From positions 34,678 to 98,677 of the forward strand of contig JAWXBL010000005.1 in assembly GCA_034440075.1 (NCBI GenBank): a stretch of 64,000 nt of DNA. The letters are read 5' to 3'. Made by a program: the position numbers and the translations under genes. Every line of letters begins with the position of its first letter. Position 1 is the first letter of the stretch. The stretch is from Cytophagales bacterium (GTDB taxonomy: Bacteria; Bacteroidota; Bacteroidia; Cytophagales; Cyclobacteriaceae). Shown here in pieces: positions 58,616 to 64,000 of this stretch. A model generated the notes under the pieces. It ran no database searches. It worked only from the letters and a program-made list of their open reading frames with translations, and was not told the DNA's origin.

Positions 58616-60475
58616 GTGAATTATCTCTCTGCCGAGCTTATTTCAAAAGCATTTAATGATAAGTGGTTGTTTAAGGACATCTCTTTGGGCATTTCGCAAG
58701 GAGAGAAGTTTGCCATGGTGGGGAACAACGGCGTGGGCAAATCCACGCTTCTGAAGATCCTGACGGGTGAACTGGCTTCCGACACGGGTAAAGTGGTGGT
58801 CCGTGACGGTGTTCGGGTGGGTATTCTCACCCAGCAGCGGGAAGTGGATGGCAGCGTCATGGTCAAGGACATCCTCTTTGATGACTCCAACGCTATGGCG
58901 GCCGCGGTTAAAGAATACGAGGATTGCCTCCACCACCCTGAAGTTGCGGCCGAACGCATGCAGGCCGCACTGGAGAAGATGGAAGAATTCAACGCCTGGG
59001 ACTACGACGCCAAGGTGCAGGAAGTAACTACCCGGCTCGATGTTCCCGACCTAGACAAGAAATTCGGCGAGCTATCGGGTGGACAGAAGAAACGGATTTT
59101 TCTCGCCCAGTTGCTTCTGGCCAACCCGGACCTCATCATCATGGATGAACCTACCAATCACCTGGACCTTTCGGCGATTGAGTGGCTTGAAAATTATTTG
59201 GCAGGACCTACCATCACGCTCATAATGGTCACTCACGACCGGTATTTTCTTGACAACGTTGCCAATGAGATCCTCGAACTCGACCGGGGGAAGTTGTTTC
59301 GGTACAAGGGCAACTACGCCTACTTCCTGGAGAAGAAATCGGAGCGGGAAGTGATGCTGAAGACAGAAGTGACGAAAGCCAGGAACCTGCTTAAGAAAGA
59401 GCTGGATTGGATGCGTCGCCAGCCCAGGGCCAGGGGAACCAAGGCCAAATACCGCATCGACGCGTATTACGAATTGAAAGAAAAGGCAGGCCAGGATTTA
59501 AGGCGGGATCGCATCGAACTGGACATAAAGGAATCTCGGCAGGGTGGAAAGATTCTTGAAGTAGAAAAGATTTCGAAGAAGTATGGCGACCAGGTGATCA
59601 TCGATAATTTCTCCCATGTATTCAAGAAGTTCGACCGCATCGGCGTTGTGGGCAAGAACGGCATCGGTAAGTCCACGTTTCTGGATATCCTCACCCGCCG
59701 GTCGAAACCGGATACTGGGGAGGTGATACCGGGGGTAACCACCAAGTTTGGCTACTTCCGGCAAGATGCCATGAGCCTGAACCCGAATCACCGCATCATT
59801 GAGGAAGTGAAAGAGATTGCGGAGTTTATAACGCTATCAGACGGGAGCCAGGTGTCGGCATCCAAGTTCCTGGATAACTTCCTGTTTCCTCCGGAACAGC
59901 AGTACACCTATGTGGAAAAGCTCAGCGGCGGTGAGAAGAAGCGACTGCACCTGTTGAAGATGCTCGTGACGAGCCCGAATTTCCTGGTCCTCGATGAGCC
60001 GACCAATGATTTTGATATCGACACGCTGAACGTGCTGGAGGATTTTCTCGACAATTTCACCGGATGTCTGCTGCTCGTTTCCCACGACCGGTATTTCATG
60101 GACCACCTGGTCGATCAGCTGTTTGTCTTTGAGGGGGACGGAAAAATCCGGCTGTTCAACGGAAATTATACCGACTACCGTGACTCGCTGGAAGGGACAA
60201 CGGCTGAAGCGGAGGAAGTGAAACCGGAAGCGGCACCGCGTCCGCAGCGTACTTCCGACGGCAAGAAGCTGTCGATCAAAGAGAAGAAGGAGTACGAGGA
60301 ATTGGAAAAAGAAATTGCGCGCCTCGAGTCGGAGAAAAACACGTTGGTGGAAAAGATGAACCGCGGCACCGCCGATCACGAAGAGCTGATGACATGGTCA
60401 ACCGGCGTGAAGCGTGTCACGGATCAAATCGAAGCGAAAACGGCACGCTGGCTGGAGCTGGGGGAGCTGGTATAA
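58616..60475 (+). CDS. ABC-F family ATPase (Uup-like)
   Basis: Two ABC domains (GNNGVGKS/LSGGQ/DEPTNH and GKNGIGKS/LSGGE/DEPTND), no TM segments, C-terminal coiled coil. Confidence 0.93.
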   Translation: MNYLSAELISKAFNDKWLFKDISLGISQGEKFAMVGNNGVGKSTLLKILTGELASDTGKVVVRDGVRVGILTQQREVDGSVMVKDILFDDSNAMAAAVKEYEDCLHHPEVAAERMQAALEKMEEFNAWDYDAKVQEVTTRLDVPDLDKKFGELSGGQKKRIFLAQLLLANPDLIIMDEPTNHLDLSAIEWLENYLAGPTITLIMVTHDRYFLDNVANEILELDRGKLFRYKGNYAYFLEKKSEREVMLKTEVTKARNLLKKELDWMRRQPRARGTKAKYRIDAYYELKEKAGQDLRRDRIELDIKESRQGGKILEVEKISKKYGDQVIIDNFSHVFKKFDRIGVVGKNGIGKSTFLDILTRRSKPDTGEVIPGVTTKFGYFRQDAMSLNPNHRIIEEVKEIAEFITLSDGSQVSASKFLDNFLFPPEQQYTYVEKLSGGEKKRLHLLKMLVTSPNFLVLDEPTNDFDIDTLNVLEDFLDNFTGCLLLVSHDRYFMDHLVDQLFVFEGDGKIRLFNGNYTDYRDSLEGTTAEAEEVKPEAAPRPQRTSDGKKLSIKEKKEYEELEKEIARLESEKNTLVEKMNRGTADHEELMTWSTGVKRVTDQIEAKTARWLELGELV

Positions 60476-60486
60476 AGTAGCAGAAT

Positions 60487-61539
60487 ATGCTGAAAAGTTT
60501 TGGAACATTGCCTGGTGGAAAGCGGCTGGAGCGCATCGCTGAGTCAGCACAGTACCACGATGGTATTTTCTGGAACATGACGGATACTCCGCTGATGGCG
60601 CCGGATGCTTCCTATCCGAAAATGCTGAGAGACTTTTTTTTTGGAAAGATACCTGGTCAGGTACCTGACCGCGTGCTGCCTTCCGTGCGTCGCGACCTGA
60701 AATCGCTGGACCCGGAAGTACCCTCCATTACCTGGTTCGGACACTCGTCTTACCTGTTGACGCTGAACGGCAAATTCATTTTGGTCGATCCGGTCTTCAG
60801 CGACCGCGCGTCGCCCTTTTCTTTTGTGGGCACCCGGGCGTTTGCGGGTTCCAATCCCTACACGATCGACGATTTACCCAACCCCGATGTGGTAATCCTG
60901 ACGCACGATCACTACGATCATCTCGACTACACATCGATCATGAAACTCCGTTCGAGGGCAGGACTATTTTGTACTTCCCTCGGTGTGGGCGCCCACCTTG
61001 AGTTCTGGGGCGTTGAATCGTCACGGATTCGGGAATTCGACTGGTGGGAGCATGCGACTGTATTCCCGGGCCTCGAGCTGACAGCAGCACCGGCGCGACA
61101 CTTTTCAGGACGTGCCTTTGCAAGGAATAAAACGCTCTGGTCCTCCTTCCTCCTGAAATCCGGAGGAAAGACATTATTCCTCGGTGGAGATTCCGGCTAT
61201 GATTCGGCTTTTAAACTCATTGGAGAGCATGCGGGTCCAATTGATTTAGCAATTCTGGAATGCGGTCAGTATGACCGGCAGTGGCCAAACATTCATATGA
61301 TGCCGGAACAAACCGCCCAGGCAGGCATCGACCTGAAAGCAAAGGCAATGATGGCGGTACATTGGGGCAAGTTCAAACTAGCCAATCATCCATGGACCGA
61401 CCCGGCAGAGCGCGTCAGCAAGGCCGCTGAATCCAATGGTATTTTGTTGGCTGGTCCGATTATCGGCGAACCGATGCCGCTCGACTCCGTGATAAGAAAT
61501 AACTACTGGTGGCGCAACGTTGAACCACAGGTTGTATGA
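60487..61539 (+). CDS. MBL-fold hydrolase (RomA/NAPE-PLD-like)
   Basis: TWFGHSS, THDHYDHLD, PARHFSGR and GGDSGY. Confidence 0.88.
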   Translation: MLKSFGTLPGGKRLERIAESAQYHDGIFWNMTDTPLMAPDASYPKMLRDFFFGKIPGQVPDRVLPSVRRDLKSLDPEVPSITWFGHSSYLLTLNGKFILVDPVFSDRASPFSFVGTRAFAGSNPYTIDDLPNPDVVILTHDHYDHLDYTSIMKLRSRAGLFCTSLGVGAHLEFWGVESSRIREFDWWEHATVFPGLELTAAPARHFSGRAFARNKTLWSSFLLKSGGKTLFLGGDSGYDSAFKLIGEHAGPIDLAILECGQYDRQWPNIHMMPEQTAQAGIDLKAKAMMAVHWGKFKLANHPWTDPAERVSKAAESNGILLAGPIIGEPMPLDSVIRNNYWWRNVEPQVV

Positions 61540-62003
61540 AGTCGGCAAGCTTGAGTGAGATCAAAAAAGCATTGGAGCCGCTCGGTGCGGAACAGGTGGC
61601 TGCGCTTTGCCTTCGGTTGGCAAAGTATAAAGTCGAAAACAAGGAGATGCTCACGTACCTGCTGTTTGAAGCAGGCGATGAGCAATCCTACCTAGCCGCC
61701 GTCAAACAGGATATCATAGACCAGTTTGCAAGCATTCCTAACCCTAACCTTTATTTCGTAAAGAAATCACTTCGGAAAATTCTCCGGATGGTGAACAAGC
61801 AGGTACGCTTCTCCGGAACGCCCACCACCGAGTTGGAGCTGCGGCTCCAGTTCTGCATTAGCCTGAAAGAATCAGGGATACCCTGGGAGAAGAACACGGT
61901 GATTAAAAACCTGTATGCACAGCAGGTGGCCAAGATCAGAACGGTGCTGGAAACCCTTCCGGAAGACCTGCAGTTTGATTACCAAAGCGTCCTACATCTC
62001 TAG
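61536..62003 (+). CDS. Conserved hypothetical protein
   Basis: 155-aa ORF overlapping the previous stop (LRLAKYKVENKEMLTYLLF). Confidence 0.7.
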   Translation: MKSASLSEIKKALEPLGAEQVAALCLRLAKYKVENKEMLTYLLFEAGDEQSYLAAVKQDIIDQFASIPNPNLYFVKKSLRKILRMVNKQVRFSGTPTTELELRLQFCISLKESGIPWEKNTVIKNLYAQQVAKIRTVLETLPEDLQFDYQSVLHL

Positions 62004-64000
62004 GTGTAGGACACTTTGCGTGCAATCGGCGCTGACAGGCAGCTTTCCGGAATTCCAAAAGCATTCACCAGCGGAACAGCTTCCTGCCGTATATCCCAGC
62101 ACAACTGATTTACCAGTTTGCGGATGGCCTTTGTTTTTGCGGGCTCCATGTAACCGGTCTCCAGAAACCACGCCCTGTTTTTCTCCAGGTGCGTGAGCGC
62201 AAACAGTTGGCATAATTTGGTGAGCACAGCCTTGCATCCGGAATCTTGCGTCTTCTCGACTTGCCTGATGAATTGCTCCAGAATTACCCGTTCAATATGC
62301 GCAGCGCCTACATCAATCAGGTGACGCTGGCTCACATTGAACGCGTCGAAGGAGTCCATGCCGTCGCTGATCAGTCGCTTCAATCGTTTCGCTGAAGACA
62401 TAAGGATTTCTTTCTCCCGGTATTCAAACGCATTCATATGAAACTCACGATCCAGCAAGTGCTCCTCGTCAGTGCTCCGTGTAATGAATGGATTTTTCTC
62501 TGACAGGGAGGTGGCCGCCTTGTCCGCGACGTAATTCAGTACACCGAACAGGTTCATGTTGCTGAACTCCTGCTTGAACTCACCGAGTCGGCCCTTCGCG
62601 GTGAGTTGCATGAGCACGGTGTTATCTCCTTCAAATGTGGTATAGATATCCGTGTCGTTTTTGAGGCGGTCGATCCGGTTTTCCGACAGGTAACCCTTTC
62701 CGCCACAGCATTCCCGGCACTCTTGAAGCGTCGCTGTTGCGTTCCAGGTAGCAAACGACTTGATCCCCGCAGCAAGGGCTTCAATCTCCTGCATGTCTTT
62801 TTCCGACCGGTCGATAAACCGCTGCGTGAGATACTTCAGCGAAAAGTGCAGGGCGTAGGCATTCGCCAACAGCGGGATCAACCGCCGCTGATGCATGCGG
62901 TAATTCAGGATGGGCACTTCGTCACCGCCCTCCGGACCAAATTGGGTACGTGTGTCGCCGTAGCGGATGGCGATGGTCAAGCCGGATTTGGACGCGCTGA
63001 GGCCGGAGCGGGGGATACCAATACGTCCGCCCACCAGCGTTCCAAGCATGGTGAAGAACCGTCGGTTGTCGCTGGCGATGGGACTGGCAAATTTTCCTTC
63101 AGCTGTAATGGAAGAAAAGCGATCGAGCAGGTTGTCATAGGGCACAATCACTTTGTCGAAATGAATCTTCCCGTTGTCCACTCCGTTGAGTCCCATCTTT
63201 CTTCCACAGTCTTCGATGGTAACACCGGAGACGGTTTTTCCGCTCTTATCGCGGAGCGGCACGACGAGGGCGCTCACGCCGTAATCTTTTCCTTCAACGA
63301 TCAGTTTTGCAAATACGGTAGCCATCTGCCCATGGACCGCCGCGTTTCCGATGTACTCTTTTTTGGCTTGCTCGTGCGGGGTATGGATCACGAAGGACCG
63401 GGTACTGTGCTGGTAGGTGGCCGTAGTTTCAAGGCCTTTAACGTTGGAGCCGTGTCCTGTCTCCGTCATCGCAAAGCATCCCGGTAGCTCCAGCGTGCCG
63501 ATGTCTTTCATATACTTCTTGTGGTGCTTTTCTGTACCCAGGAAATAAACACTCATTCCCCACAACCCAAACTGCACACCAAACTTGATCACCATGCTCA
63601 GATCGTGATAACTCAACGTTTCCATGATGGCGAAATATGCCGCCATGTCGCCGCTGCCTCCATACTCCTTCGGATAGGCCATAGCCCCAAAACCCTGCTG
63701 GGCGAGCAGTTTGCACCACGCCAAAACCTTTTCACGGTATTCCGGCAGGTTGTCGGTGTCGAGGTAGGCAAACTCCTTGTCGGAAATAATCTTCTTGACC
63801 TTTTGGATGATTGCGGCCTGGTCTCCGTCGAGAAGCTTCGCCATGGCGTTCACATCGAAGGTGACCTGTGTACCCTGAACCTGGGTGACCGTCTTGCGCT
63901 TTTCCGGATAGAAACTGTACAAGGCCTCGCCGCCAATCAGTCCGAGCATCTCTTCTACCTGCGACAGCGATATGCGGGCGTCTCCTTTGATTTCCGCGGA
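62000..64000 (-). CDS. Acyl-CoA oxidase/dehydrogenase; start lies outside the window
   Basis: GCFAMTETGHGS, KMGLNGVDNG, CRECCGGKGY and TTFEGDNTVL. The frame is open to the window end. Confidence 0.9.
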   Translation of the reverse strand, partial: SAEIKGDARISLSQVEEMLGLIGGEALYSFYPEKRKTVTQVQGTQVTFDVNAMAKLLDGDQAAIIQKVKKIISDKEFAYLDTDNLPEYREKVLAWCKLLAQQGFGAMAYPKEYGGSGDMAAYFAIMETLSYHDLSMVIKFGVQFGLWGMSVYFLGTEKHHKKYMKDIGTLELPGCFAMTETGHGSNVKGLETTATYQHSTRSFVIHTPHEQAKKEYIGNAAVHGQMATVFAKLIVEGKDYGVSALVVPLRDKSGKTVSGVTIEDCGRKMGLNGVDNGKIHFDKVIVPYDNLLDRFSSITAEGKFASPIASDNRRFFTMLGTLVGGRIGIPRSGLSASKSGLTIAIRYGDTRTQFGPEGGDEVPILNYRMHQRRLIPLLANAYALHFSLKYLTQRFIDRSEKDMQEIEALAAGIKSFATWNATATLQECRECCGGKGYLSENRIDRLKNDTDIYTTFEGDNTVLMQLTAKGRLGEFKQEFSNMNLFGVLNYVADKAATSLSEKNPFITRSTDEEHLLDREFHMNAFEYREKEILMSSAKRLKRLISDGMDSFDAFNVSQRHLIDVGAAHIERVILEQFIRQVEKTQDSGCKAVLTKLCQLFALTHLEKNRAWFLETGYMEPAKTKAIRKLVNQLCWDIRQEAVPLVNAFGIPESCLSAPIARKVSYT

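Noticed and set aside
1-64000. rRNA, tRNA, prophage or intact integrase genes
   Set aside because: No such signatures were recognised, and no ORF shows tyrosine-recombinase RHRY motifs.

Overview
This 64-kb window looks like a Bacteroidota chromosome segment, probably Cytophagales-like. The evidence is TAnnTTTG -7 promoter elements, a TonB-dependent receptor and typical gene families; the taxonomy is inferred. The GC-richer backbone carries: Ku plus a TPR protein, an lva/ACAD10-11-like acyl-CoA operon, peptidases, an aromatic amino acid decarboxylase, a secreted repeat protein plus a TPR-CHAT protease, MgtE, CorA, a Crp/rhodanese sulfur cluster, a BNR-repeat hydrolase, ABC-F and an acyl-CoA oxidase. 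From about 21.7 to 41.6 kb the sequence is largely AT-richer and accessory. It holds a nine-gene heme biosynthesis operon (hemACDEFBLHJ) with a putatively Fur-controlled TonB receptor, decayed RAYT, IS30 and IS3 fragments, and a membrane-anchored TIR gene. The most striking signal is a set of minus-strand, integron-like gene cassettes bounded by attC-like imperfect inverted repeats (...CAAC / GTT...). Three of these sites are copies of a 160-177 bp structured repeat and one is an 88-bp hairpin. The start and end of the same cassette match each other better than the two arms of a junction do, which is the signature of circularising cassettes. No integrase is present in the window. Start codons were adjusted by eye where noted, and no database searches were run.
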